Origin: Bacillota bacterium
Lineage (GTDB): Bacteria > Bacillota > Clostridia > Christensenellales > UBA1431
DNA length: 61,614 bases
Assembly: GCA_049324235.1 (NCBI GenBank)
Contig: JBMOLJ010000070.1
Span: 1 to 61,614 of the forward strand
Direction of reading: 5' to 3'
Of the stretch, positions 50,591 to 60,550 are shown piece by piece. The notes under the pieces are model-generated. The model made no database searches. It saw nothing but the letters and a program-made list of their open reading frames with translations, and had not been told where the DNA came from. Position 1 is the first letter of the stretch; every line of letters begins with the position of its first letter. A program made the translations under genes and the position numbers.

Positions 50591-53500
50591 CTAAAATGTT
50601 GTCGATTTAAACCTCATTAAACGCATTTTCCCAAACAGGATTCCATCGCTTCCCACATTATCTGCGATTGTTTCATCTAATGGCCGCCACCCGTATTCTC
50701 CACTATGCTGTGCGACATACACGTTATGTAAATTAATTGTACCGCTAGTGGGCACATCAGAAACCACTATAACCGAATGCCAATATCGAGGTCTAGATAA
50801 ATCAGGGTTATAGAATTGGAGAACGTCACCCTTTTTGATAGTTACCGGAAGGCTAGTCCAATACTGATTATTGTTATAGCCTGTTGCTCTTGGTCCATTC
50901 CCCTTATTTGATGTTGCGTAATTCCACAATGATACGACGTTTTGCCAATACTCTCCTGCGCCCCCATTTGGATAAGGAGATTTAGCGTTGCGTCCCCACC
51001 ATTTGCCAGGTTGTCGGTAGTTTTTTGAAACCCTTACGCGAATCTGTTCCTGGCCGTATGCTGTTTTTATATTATACCCAGCTGTTCCCCCATATCCCGC
51101 CCAAATACACTGTGATACGAAGTTCGTACAATCGCCACCTGGTGTACGGCAAAATATTTGGTTGTAATATTTGGGCCCAAAATATTTACCATACTCAGCC
51201 GCACTCGTAGCATTAAAGGAAACTGGAACATGTCCGGTAGGATCAAAGCAATTTATCGGATCTCCATCGCAATACATGTACAGATGCCAGAACGCCTCGC
51301 CGCCGCCCCTGTAGCTGTCCTCGGAAATAAACCTGCCGGTATCCGGCTCATAATACCTAGCGTTCATGTAATACAGCCCTGTTTCCTCATCGTTAACCGC
51401 ACCCGTAAACGCAAAGCTGTTTACAAAGGTTCCCGTTCCAGTCGTATTACCGTATGCCTCGTAGGTATAGCTCTTCACAACGTTGTCTGTGCTGTCTACA
51501 ATATTAGTTATACTTCCTCTAACATCCTGACGATACCAATAACTGTTCCCGTTGGCGCGTTTGCCGGATATTATACTGCCGTCAGGTTTCAGTACGTTTT
51601 CTTCAATTGTAGCGCCGGTCCCGTCTTTTGTATACAACAGGTCGGTACCGTTGTAATAATAATTGGTTACATTGGTGCCAACCGTCTTTTGGGTCCGCTG
51701 CCCTGCTCCATCATATGCATACGATGCAATCTGAACAACCGGGTCCTGCCCATCCTGCTCACTTACTGACTCCAAATGGTTCGCCGGATCGTAATCATAG
51801 GTGGTAGTTACATCCCCTTCCACCTTGGTTATCTGGTTCCCGGATAAGTCGTATTCGTATGTGTCTACAGGTGTCTGGCCATTCAAAACCTCGAGCAACT
51901 GATCGCTGCCGTTACTGTTTTCTTCATAATCATACACATACGAATAGGTGACGCCGCCTTTGGTCATGGTCTGCCGGTTACCCGCGGCGTCATAGGTGTA
52001 CTGCGTGGTAACGCCCCCGATGGTATCCTGCGCGAGCCTGCCGAGATTATCGTATGTATACTCTTTTTCTACGGTCACGGGTGTACCGCCGTATCTCGTC
52101 GTAACAGTCTCCTGTGAAATCCTGTTCTGATCATTGTAATCAATCGTGTATTCTTCCAGCACCGTAGAATTGTCCGCGTTATAGTATTTTACCCCGGTGA
52201 GCTTGTTCAGATCGCCATAGGTGAATTCCTGTTTCACCCTGTTGCTGCCGCGGACATCCTCTAAATATGCCAGTTGTCCATCCGTATAAAAGTACTCGCG
52301 AAGGATTGGCGCATCAAGTAGGTTCCCTCCGTTGGTCCAATCCCTGACCGTTATCACCTTCCCCGCCTCATCGTAGATGTACCCTATCTTGCGGGTGCCC
52401 GTACCGCCGTACCGGATGCTCTCGAGATTACCGGTGTCCGTATAGGTGTATGCGGCAATCACCGTCTCAGTCCCCTGATCGATTTGTTTCCGCTTTTCTA
52501 TGACCCTGTTCATGTCGTCGTAAACATATCTCGTCGTTGTCTCCTGCCCGTCCTTGGTCAGGATTTCTCGGGTTACGTTTCCGTTATCGTCATATTGATA
52601 ATCGACATAATGTCCGGTCGTATACTGGACCTTCGTCTTCCGGTTCAAGCCGTTATAGGTATAGGTAGTAACTGCGCTTTCATTGGGGAAATTGGTATCG
52701 GTCAGCGTACTTGTAAGCATGTTTCCATTATCGTCGTAGGTGTACTCCGTTGTCTTTGTTCCCTTGGTTTCTTTTATGACCCTGCCTGAAGTATCGTACT
52801 CCGTTACCGTTTCCCTTTCCAACGAATCGGTCATTGTAGTTCTGGTTTTGCCGTTGTAGACCCCGTCATAGGCGTATTCCGTTGTGCTTGAAGTACCATT
52901 CTTTGTCAGGGTATCCGTTAATACCCTCCCCAGCTTGTCAAATGTCTTAACGGTCGTAACTTCGGGAGAAACTACCTGCAGCACATTGCCTGCACCGTCA
53001 TAAGTATAGTTAGTCGTTTCCGTATCGCTTCCCTTGGCCGCGGTCGTGCTGTTGACTTGGCCCATATTGTCGTATTCGTTCGTCATTACCGCTCCGGTTT
53101 GATCCGTGCTCCACACAGTATATCCCATTACATTGTTTTGGGTGATGTCATATGAAACAAATGTATCTGTATTATATTTATAGCATTTGTTCGTGGAGTC
53201 GTACGTTACGTTTGCGGGTAAAGTGTAGCCTGAAGGTAAAGTCGCGCTATAGTTGCCACTGTTATTATCCAGTGTACCCAGTACTCCTGTAAATACATTT
53301 TTGCCTTTCTTATCGGTTATGCAAATATTCTGATTTCCTTCCGCATCTGTATTTATCTTTACCCGCGTACCGTCAGACTGTACGGTATAGGTTGTGGTTT
53401 CCTCCGTATCGTCGTGATTGGTCACGTGCGTCTGCCTACCCAGAGAGTCGTAGGTGTATTGGGTAACCTTCCCCTCTCCGTCCGTACTACTCAATATATT

Positions 53501-56500
53501 CCCCATCGCATCATATGTGCTGGATGTCGTAACCGCATCGGCCGTCCCATATGCGGATGTGGTACTGGTGCATCTGCCCAGTATGTCATATTGGTAGTTC
53601 GTAACGATGCCTTTTTCATCCGTCATCGTGTCAATATTGCCGTAGGTGTCATAGGTCTGCTGGGTCGTTGTATCATCGGGGTTGGTCGTTTCAATGAGTC
53701 TGCCCTTCGCGTCGTATGCATACTCCGTTATTGACACGCTGCTTCCGCCTGCCCCCGTAACGGTCACCGTTTGCGACGTTACTTTTCCCATTGCATTGTA
53801 CGTATACGTGGTCACCTGGGGGATACCCTGAACAGAGGTCTCGGTCAGGTTACCGTGTTCATCATATTCATTGTCCGTAATCTTCTTGTTAGTTCCGTTG
53901 AACGGCTCGCTGACCTGTGTGGGTAAATCTGGATTATTGGAATCGCCATAGGTGTAATCTGTGGTTTTACCGGCCGCATCGGTGAAATGCGTCAGGTTTC
54001 CGCCGGAATATTGCGAAGTGTTTTCCGTATTATCCGGATACGTGACATGCGTAACGTTGAAATCCGCATCATTGGTGTATACCGTGTCGTTGTCATTTTC
54101 AAATTTTATCTTTTTCAACGCAAGGCTGTTGGTGTCGTAATAGTATTTTTGTGTTACATGGTTCAGCACAGTCGTCACCAATATATCCCCATTATCAGTA
54201 GAGTAGGCTACGGTCATTTCCTGGGCAAGGGGATTGGTTACGCCCGTTACTTTTTTATTGGCATCCGTATTGTACGCGATATCATATTCATATCCGCCGG
54301 GATTCTTCACCGTTGTGATTATTCCATCCGTATAGGTGTATTCCTCCCCATGCTGCCCGTTATATGAAATATACGCTTTTGTCAGCTTGCGGTTGCTATA
54401 TAGATATGTATATGTTTTACCGCTGCCGGCTACCGTTTTGATTAAGCCGCTTTCCCCTGTTTCAGTGGAATACGTGATATTCATTTCATTTTCAACGTTA
54501 TCCGTTGCGGATACCATGTTTCCGGTATTGTTGTAACTGAACTCTATCCAGTTTCCGTTTCTGTCCGTTATCTTTTCTATTTGGTTGTTTGCATTGAACA
54601 AGTATACCGTCTTATCTTTATACGTCAAGGAGAACTTGCCTGTCCCGGTATCGTATGACAGAGTAGCATATAATCCTGCAGGTCGCGTGTATGTCCCGTC
54701 CGTATTCTTTAAGAAGCGGTACGTGGTGCCATCACCAAGTTTTAATATCATATAGGTTTTTTGTTCAGTCGCATTATACTGCTTAATTAAGGCGATATTG
54801 TAGTTAAAATCCCATCCTTGCCCCAAAGGAGTAGTATAAGCAGCTTGGCTATTGTAGGCACGCGAAAAAGCAAGCGAGCCTATGGGTGAATCCATCGTCA
54901 AATCCGATGTTTGATACAGAACATTGCCTGATGCAGGATTAATGTAACCGTTGCCGCTCTTTGTATCAAAACCTAATGGGTTCTCGTAGACTTTCTTGCC
55001 TATTTTCTTATTAAATTCTTCTTCCGTAACCGTTTGAGCCGAAACCTCGTTGGATGGGACACTCTCCCTCTCGCGTACGGTGGATTGAATGGTATAATCC
55101 TTAACGGCTGTTACCTTATAATAGAATTGTTTGTTGAGCTGCTGATTATTATCACAGTAATAACTCGTCGTTAGATCGGACGCGATAAGCGTTGAGGAAG
55201 ACGGCGTGAACAGCGGTGTCTCGCTGCGGTAAACGTTATATGTGACGCCAGTAGTCGTGCTCGGTTCCCAGGTCAGCCGCGTCATATAGTTGGCATCTGC
55301 AACAGCGGAAAGGTTGTCCGGCTCGTCGATGAGTTTTACCTCGTGCGCTTCACCGCTTACAGTCTGCATGCCCCGTAAAGATATACTATGAAGCACAGGT
55401 ATAGCTGTACTGTGTGATTCAAATTCGACACTAAGCTTGAGTTCACGCCCCGGATCTGCTATCTCCGACCAGGCCCAGTAGTTGCTTGGAACATGGGGGT
55501 CTTCCGGATTCGTTACGCTGGAATCCGGTGTGACGTCCTGCCACGTCCACTGTTCCCCGCTCCACTCGGAAAGATAATAGCGTATGCACGTTCCTTCAGG
55601 CTCTTCGGTATCTACGTCTAAAAATACCCTTCGAACATCGCCCGGGGTCAGCTTTACCGTAGTTTCGAAACATCCCCAAGTATAACCACCTTCCGGATCA
55701 ACATCTAACTTAATGCTCCCTCCATCCGATACATCCAGTGAAGTACCATAGAATTCGGATATCTGCTTGTCATCTGTGAACGAGTCGTTATAAATCTCGG
55801 ATTCACCCCAAGGCTCATACGAAACCTCCAAATGCCATGCATCTACTGACGGCGTAACAGCCGTATCCGTTGTGCTCATTTCGGCTTTCAGAACAAATGA
55901 CTTGTAATATCCTTGTAGCTCGGCTTTGTAGCCGGGATAAATCGTGACCCAATTAGCCGGTCCCAAAACAATTTTGTAGGTAATATCCGTGTTTTCCGGT
56001 ATATCATCATCTACAACCAACTTAACATAATTTATTCTGCCATTTATCTGCATATCCTTACTTTGAAAGCAGCCTTCCGTAGCATAGGTGCCTCCGGTGT
56101 TTTTCAGCTTCATCATGCCATTAACAAGCTCTGTATCATTCAGGTCATAGATTCCGTCTGTATTGTCAAAGAAATCCGTAACCAGGTTGCCCGTGTAACT
56201 TTGGTTGGTAAAATGTTCAACATCGTTGTTGTCCTTGGCCCTTACCTTCAGGAAAGCCTGGACGCCTTCGGGGTAAACCCATTTATCATTCGTTGCATCA
56301 TACTCCAAAGGATTGAAGGCAAGGTCCATGTCTCCGGCCGTCTGAACGTCTTTTTGCACATCATTTGCGTAGAGTGTGCCCAGCATATTATCAGACGGAC
56401 TGTAGGTTACGTTGACATTGTTTACAGTAATATCATCGCCGGGATTTATGGCATTTTGCGCATCATCCTTTAACGTCATCGTTATATTGGGAACGTCTGT

Positions 56501-57781
56501 ATAGATGATTGTAAAGTAACTCGGCTCAGAAGATGCATTGGATGCTCTGAAGTTTTTGTATACGCTTTGGCCTTCGTCGCTGCTCTTTATGATCATGCCG
56601 TTATTGGCAATTGCACCTGAAAACCAGTTCTGCACTAAATACGTTATATTCCAGGTGTACCTTTGGACAGCGGTAACAGTAATAAAATCTTCGACATATG
56701 ACGAATAATTCGGCTGATTCGAATAATTTACGGTAGAATCGTTCCAACTGCTTAAGAGTTTTCTTATTTCCACCGTTTCGGTGTCAGTGCCCGCATAATC
56801 CTGATAGGCGCTGTACCATGCTTTAATTATTTTTGCCCCTGTTAACTGACTGGGGAAGGAGTTTATTTTTACTAAGCCTCTGGTTACATAAAGGTCCGAT
56901 GAATAACCGACCTTTGTTGAATAATCCGAGCTGTAATTGTTATTCGGATATCTGCTGGACACAAATGTATCCGATATATAGTTTTGATCGATGTTCAATG
57001 TCGGGTCAATTTTTACCGGATACACGGTCTTTTTATTCTCCAAAAACGCTCTGCTAGGCGTCAGTGTATATTTATATGTAGTGTCATTTATCTTCTCGAG
57101 CCTTACTTGAATATCATACGTAAACTGTTGTTCTTTCGAAGAATCGCACATACTCGGCGATGCGATGGTAGCAACCAACAAGTTATTCTTTTGATCAATG
57201 AAATATAGGTTCCCGCTGTCATCCAGTCGCGGAACTGCGTTTTTCATATTTAATTCGTATGAAAACTCTGTTTCAGTCGGAATCTGATTCAGTATGATAT
57301 CTTCTTTCATCCCGTTTGCGTTGGGAGTTAATTGTATATCGGCATTCTCGTTGAACGTTTTAGAATACTGCATCGAATCGTATTTCTTAGCTTTGTCGAA
57401 TTTATTATCTTTGGCTTTTGTCTTATCTGCCCTGGAAAAGCTTAATGTCGATGAACTCTTGCCTTTTTCTTTTTCAATATCCAACGGTTTAAAACCGATT
57501 GAATAGTCTTTATAGTTCACTTGTATTGCGTTGCTCTTGTCGAGGTTGTCCGAAAACAATACGTCAACATCGGAGCTCTTGTTTTTATACTGATAATCAG
57601 GGTTTTTTGTTTTATCCGTTTGGACTATGCTGTTGTCGATGTTTTTCCATTTGCCTTGTTCATCTTTATAGCGTACAGGATTAGAATATATCTTTGCCGT
57701 TTTCGTTCCATCGCTATTCTCTGTAATTGTGGTATATTTATTCATCACAAGGAAGGGTTTTGAGTTTCGCCAATTCATCAT
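50591..57781 (-). CDS. RHS/YD-repeat protein (DNRLRE-like, FN3, RHS core) with C-terminal Amidase_6-like domain; 5' end probably damaged
   Basis: Many YD repeats; core GLYYMNARYY.P..GRFIS.D...DP...DPTG; tip GDCTNFVSQC..AG, HSVIV, AQHS; no signal peptide. Confidence 0.9.
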   Translation of the reverse strand: MMNWRNSKPFLVMNKYTTITENSDGTKTAKIYSNPVRYKDEQGKWKNIDNSIVQTDKTKNPDYQYKNKSSDVDVLFSDNLDKSNAIQVNYKDYSIGFKPLDIEKEKGKSSSTLSFSRADKTKAKDNKFDKAKKYDSMQYSKTFNENADIQLTPNANGMKEDIILNQIPTETEFSYELNMKNAVPRLDDSGNLYFIDQKNNLLVATIASPSMCDSSKEQQFTYDIQVRLEKINDTTYKYTLTPSRAFLENKKTVYPVKIDPTLNIDQNYISDTFVSSRYPNNNYSSDYSTKVGYSSDLYVTRGLVKINSFPSQLTGAKIIKAWYSAYQDYAGTDTETVEIRKLLSSWNDSTVNYSNQPNYSSYVEDFITVTAVQRYTWNITYLVQNWFSGAIANNGMIIKSSDEGQSVYKNFRASNASSEPSYFTIIYTDVPNITMTLKDDAQNAINPGDDITVNNVNVTYSPSDNMLGTLYANDVQKDVQTAGDMDLAFNPLEYDATNDKWVYPEGVQAFLKVRAKDNNDVEHFTNQSYTGNLVTDFFDNTDGIYDLNDTELVNGMMKLKNTGGTYATEGCFQSKDMQINGRINYVKLVVDDDIPENTDITYKIVLGPANWVTIYPGYKAELQGYYKSFVLKAEMSTTDTAVTPSVDAWHLEVSYEPWGESEIYNDSFTDDKQISEFYGTSLDVSDGGSIKLDVDPEGGYTWGCFETTVKLTPGDVRRVFLDVDTEEPEGTCIRYYLSEWSGEQWTWQDVTPDSSVTNPEDPHVPSNYWAWSEIADPGRELKLSVEFESHSTAIPVLHSISLRGMQTVSGEAHEVKLIDEPDNLSAVADANYMTRLTWEPSTTTGVTYNVYRSETPLFTPSSSTLIASDLTTSYYCDNNQQLNKQFYYKVTAVKDYTIQSTVRERESVPSNEVSAQTVTEEEFNKKIGKKVYENPLGFDTKSGNGYINPASGNVLYQTSDLTMDSPIGSLAFSRAYNSQAAYTTPLGQGWDFNYNIALIKQYNATEQKTYMILKLGDGTTYRFLKNTDGTYTRPAGLYATLSYDTGTGKFSLTYKDKTVYLFNANNQIEKITDRNGNWIEFSYNNTGNMVSATDNVENEMNITYSTETGESGLIKTVAGSGKTYTYLYSNRKLTKAYISYNGQHGEEYTYTDGIITTVKNPGGYEYDIAYNTDANKKVTGVTNPLAQEMTVAYSTDNGDILVTTVLNHVTQKYYYDTNSLALKKIKFENDNDTVYTNDADFNVTHVTYPDNTENTSQYSGGNLTHFTDAAGKTTDYTYGDSNNPDLPTQVSEPFNGTNKKITDNEYDEHGNLTETSVQGIPQVTTYTYNAMGKVTSQTVTVTGAGGSSVSITEYAYDAKGRLIETTNPDDTTTQQTYDTYGNIDTMTDEKGIVTNYQYDILGRCTSTTSAYGTADAVTTSSTYDAMGNILSSTDGEGKVTQYTYDSLGRQTHVTNHDDTEETTTYTVQSDGTRVKINTDAEGNQNICITDKKGKNVFTGVLGTLDNNSGNYSATLPSGYTLPANVTYDSTNKCYKYNTDTFVSYDITQNNVMGYTVWSTDQTGAVMTNEYDNMGQVNSTTAAKGSDTETTNYTYDGAGNVLQVVSPEVTTVKTFDKLGRVLTDTLTKNGTSSTTEYAYDGVYNGKTRTTMTDSLERETVTEYDTSGRVIKETKGTKTTEYTYDDNGNMLTSTLTDTNFPNESAVTTYTYNGLNRKTKVQYTTGHYVDYQYDDNGNVTREILTKDGQETTTRYVYDDMNRVIEKRKQIDQGTETVIAAYTYTDTGNLESIRYGGTGTRKIGYIYDEAGKVITVRDWTNGGNLLDAPILREYFYTDGQLAYLEDVRGSNRVKQEFTYGDLNKLTGVKYYNADNSTVLEEYTIDYNDQNRISQETVTTRYGGTPVTVEKEYTYDNLGRLAQDTIGGVTTQYTYDAAGNRQTMTKGGVTYSYVYDYEENSNGSDQLLEVLNGQTPVDTYEYDLSGNQITKVEGDVTTTYDYDPANHLESVSEQDGQDPVVQIASYAYDGAGQRTQKTVGTNVTNYYYNGTDLLYTKDGTGATIEENVLKPDGSIISGKRANGNSYWYRQDVRGSITNIVDSTDNVVKSYTYEAYGNTTGTGTFVNSFAFTGAVNDEETGLYYMNARYYEPDTGRFISEDSYRGGGEAFWHLYMYCDGDPINCFDPTGHVPVSFNATSAAEYGKYFGPKYYNQIFCRTPGGDCTNFVSQCIWAGYGGTAGYNIKTAYGQEQIRVRVSKNYRQPGKWWGRNAKSPYPNGGAGEYWQNVVSLWNYATSNKGNGPRATGYNNNQYWTSLPVTIKKGDVLQFYNPDLSRPRYWHSVIVVSDVPTSGTINLHNVYVAQHSGEYGWRPLDETIADNVGSDGILFGKMRLMRFKSTTF

Positions 57782-57853
57782 TGGTTATCAGTAATGATTT
57801 ATCTGTTTCATTACCTGGTGATGCGGTTGGAGAAGGCGCAGGGAGGTATGAAT

Positions 57854-58957
57854 ATGGCAAAAAAGAGGATGAACGGCGAAGGGACGATGAGAAAAAGGCC
57901 TGACGGGCTATGGGAACAGACCATCATGATTGGCTATACCGCTGAAGGAAAACGCAAGCGGAAATCATTTTATGGTCGAACCCAAAAAATCGTCTCGGAT
58001 AAGGTTGCCGAATTCAAAAGCCATCAGACCATGGGGCTTTCTGCGGAGTCCGAGATCAGATTCGGCCAATGGGCCGATAAATGGTATGACGGTTATAAAG
58101 GCCAAGTAAGCGATGTAACCTATGAAAGCTATAAATACACTCTCCGCATACTCAAGGATGAATTCAGCAACCGTAAACTCCGGTCAATCAAACCGCTCGA
58201 TATAGAGAATTTTCTGAAAAACCTACAGGCCGAAAAAAGCGACTCAGCTGTTACGAAATGCCGTGGGATGATATACCAGATCATGCACAAAGCGGAAGCA
58301 AACGATTTGATATTGAAAAATCCCGTCCGGCTTGCTGACAAGATCAAGAGGAAATCCAGTAACAAAAAAAGTAAGGATTCTTTTACAAAAGAAGAGGTTT
58401 CCATCCTTTTTGACAAGCTGCCATTGGACAAAATGGGACATACCATCCGCCTCATGATCGGAACAGGAATGCGTGCGCAGGAAGTGGTTTGCCTTGAAAA
58501 AAAGCATATCGCCGAAGACGGCGGTATTGTAATGATTCGACAGGCTGTGGAAAACCTTAAGGGAAAAACGATCCTTCGAGAAGATCATACAAAGTCCAGT
58601 CTCAGCGTCAGGGACATCCCTGTACCCGAATATGTGCGGGAAAGCGCAGTGTTCCTGAGGGAACAGGCTAACCCCTTTGTATGGGATGGCAAAATTCCCG
58701 GGACGGTTTTCAATCTGCGGAATTTCAGAGCGAAATATCAGAAAACCATTTCTGCTGTCGGCATACGTCTGCTTACGCCACATTGTCTGCGGCATACATA
58801 CGTCACCATGTTACAGTCTCTTGGCATACCGATGGAAGTGATTGCCGCGCTGACCGGTCATGCGGATGTGGAGACTACCAACGGATATCTGCATATCCAG
58901 CAGGACACCGCTGAAAATGTCTGTAAAATATATTCAAAAGCACTGTCTGAGATGTAA
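57854..58957 (+). CDS. Tyrosine recombinase/integrase
   Basis: N-terminal NGEG....R.DG.W arm-binding domain; TGMR.QE, H.LRHT, GH......Y catalytic residues. Confidence 0.95.
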   Translation: MAKKRMNGEGTMRKRPDGLWEQTIMIGYTAEGKRKRKSFYGRTQKIVSDKVAEFKSHQTMGLSAESEIRFGQWADKWYDGYKGQVSDVTYESYKYTLRILKDEFSNRKLRSIKPLDIENFLKNLQAEKSDSAVTKCRGMIYQIMHKAEANDLILKNPVRLADKIKRKSSNKKSKDSFTKEEVSILFDKLPLDKMGHTIRLMIGTGMRAQEVVCLEKKHIAEDGGIVMIRQAVENLKGKTILREDHTKSSLSVRDIPVPEYVRESAVFLREQANPFVWDGKIPGTVFNLRNFRAKYQKTISAVGIRLLTPHCLRHTYVTMLQSLGIPMEVIAALTGHADVETTNGYLHIQQDTAENVCKIYSKALSEM

Positions 58958-59046
58958 AGAAACCAACGAATACATAATAGATTCTCATCCTCATTCCAGT
59001 ATTATTCCAGTAGTTGTTGCAGTCAAACAAATATATTAACAAAACG

Positions 59047-59079
59047 AAAGTCCCGCAAACCCTTTGTTTGCGGGACTTC
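59047..59079. terminator. Hairpin downstream of the att/tRNA 3' end
   Basis: AAGTCCCGCAAAC...GTTTGCGGGACTT; analogous hairpin at 47941-47976. Confidence 0.7.
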
Positions 59080-59083
59080 CTGC

Positions 59084-59129
59084 TGGTCTGGGTGAGAGGA
59101 TTTGAACCTCCGGCCTCTTGAACCCCATT
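59084..59129 (-). repeat. att site: 3' half of tRNA-Pro(GGG), copy 2
   Basis: Identical to 47981-48026; 5' half of the tRNA absent here too. Confidence 0.92.
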
Positions 59130-59289
59130 CGGCCTAATCGAATTTCATAGTGCCACAAGACCGCATAAAATGGGACTTCTTCTGCATTAACTATCTATTG
59201 TTTTATACCTGATTGCATGCTAATTACAGTCAAAATTACAGTCAATCGGTAAAAAGAACCACCGATGCATTTTCCTTTGTTAGCGATAA

Positions 59290-60507
59290 CTACTTATAAT
59301 ATCTCACTATGTGCAAGTAGTGTTTAACTGTATAGGGCATTGACGAAAGAGGATAGTTAAGAGAATATGACGAACTATAAAAGGAATGCTGCGAAATCAA
59401 TATGATTCTAGGGAACGAAACAATATATGTAACAATTGAACTGTGCGTACTTTTTCTTCTCCCATCAACACTCCATGTGCCGGAACCTTCACCGCAATAC
59501 TGAATAATGTCTCCTAATTGCATATTGCTCTCTGTAGAATGTGTGGCATATAATCCATAGTTTGTTGATGTAGAATTATTGTTATAGTACACATATTGCC
59601 TAAAATATTGCGCGGAAGTCCAACTGGCGGTTCTGGAAGATGAAGAATCCCAATACCATTGACGTTCCGCGCTACTGCCACTTCTATCCTTTGGAATCCC
59701 TCCTTTATATAATGCTATCGATATAAAATTGGTGCAATCAGCAGAATATGTTGCCCAAGGCGATGGATTATTTGACTGCGCATATGTCGTTGCATAGTTT
59801 TGCGCATTGGTTCTGTTATATGAATATGCGGTTGCTTTTGTCTCATTGGGTATGCTCTCATCGTTGGCGTTTTCAATTACAGTTTTTGCCTCTTCTTTAA
59901 TGCTTTTTTCTATCTGTTTATTGTATTCTTCCTTAATCTCCGATGATGTGGACAATGTTTTGGAGAGACTCTCATATACCTTCATCGTTTCGTCATCTTC
60001 GCAAGTAAACTCTGTAATATACCAATGCTCGTTGATTTTTTCTAGAGTCACCTTATATGGAATATTACCACGTTTTGAGTGTATGGTTGGACATAAATTA
60101 AAACAGATATCTTCATTCAATAAGAAATTTAAAGTTGCTGTATTGTTTGTTACCGAAATATCTTTATAATCCAGGTTAAAAGAATACTTATCAAAGGTTA
60201 AATCATCACTTTTTGCCGCTCTAAAAGCAATTTTCATTTCCAGAACAGTAGACATTTTTTCTATAATAGCTGATTGCGGCTTGAAACACCTTTCCTTCAT
60301 GGAAAGCAGAGTTACCTTCGTTGTGGAATCGGAAAGTTTTGATAATGCCTGATATTCATAATCGAAATAGCTTTGTATTGTTTCCTTAATTGCCTGTTCG
60401 TCACTTTGAGCCGAGACTACAGTATTTGTAGCATCAGCAGCATATGCAACGGGTGCTGAACAAACCAATAACATTACAGCTAAAGTTAACTGAAAAATAC
60501 GTTTCAT
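59290..60507 (-). CDS. Secreted Amidase_6-like domain protein
   Basis: Signal peptide ending AYA; YNR..A.NYA, DCTNF.S.AL..GG, GDIIQY, HSSIV, SQHS. Confidence 0.88.
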   Translation of the reverse strand: MKRIFQLTLAVMLLVCSAPVAYAADATNTVVSAQSDEQAIKETIQSYFDYEYQALSKLSDSTTKVTLLSMKERCFKPQSAIIEKMSTVLEMKIAFRAAKSDDLTFDKYSFNLDYKDISVTNNTATLNFLLNEDICFNLCPTIHSKRGNIPYKVTLEKINEHWYITEFTCEDDETMKVYESLSKTLSTSSEIKEEYNKQIEKSIKEEAKTVIENANDESIPNETKATAYSYNRTNAQNYATTYAQSNNPSPWATYSADCTNFISIALYKGGIPKDRSGSSAERQWYWDSSSSRTASWTSAQYFRQYVYYNNNSTSTNYGLYATHSTESNMQLGDIIQYCGEGSGTWSVDGRRKSTHSSIVTYIVSFPRIILISQHSFYSSSYSLNYPLSSMPYTVKHYLHIVRYYK

Positions 60508-60550
60508 CGCTAATTCTCCTTGTTTTTGAGTTGAGGCAACCGTTTCTGGT

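Larger units (their letters stand above)
47981..59129. mobile_element. ~11.1-kb integrase island bounded by tRNA-Pro att repeats
   Basis: 46-bp direct repeats, integrase at one end, paired ATTCCAGTA motifs inside both ends, AT-richer DNA. Confidence 0.9.

Noticed and set aside
47981-59129. Functional tRNA-Pro genes
   Set aside because: Both copies lack the D-arm and 5' acceptor strand, so they are att remnants
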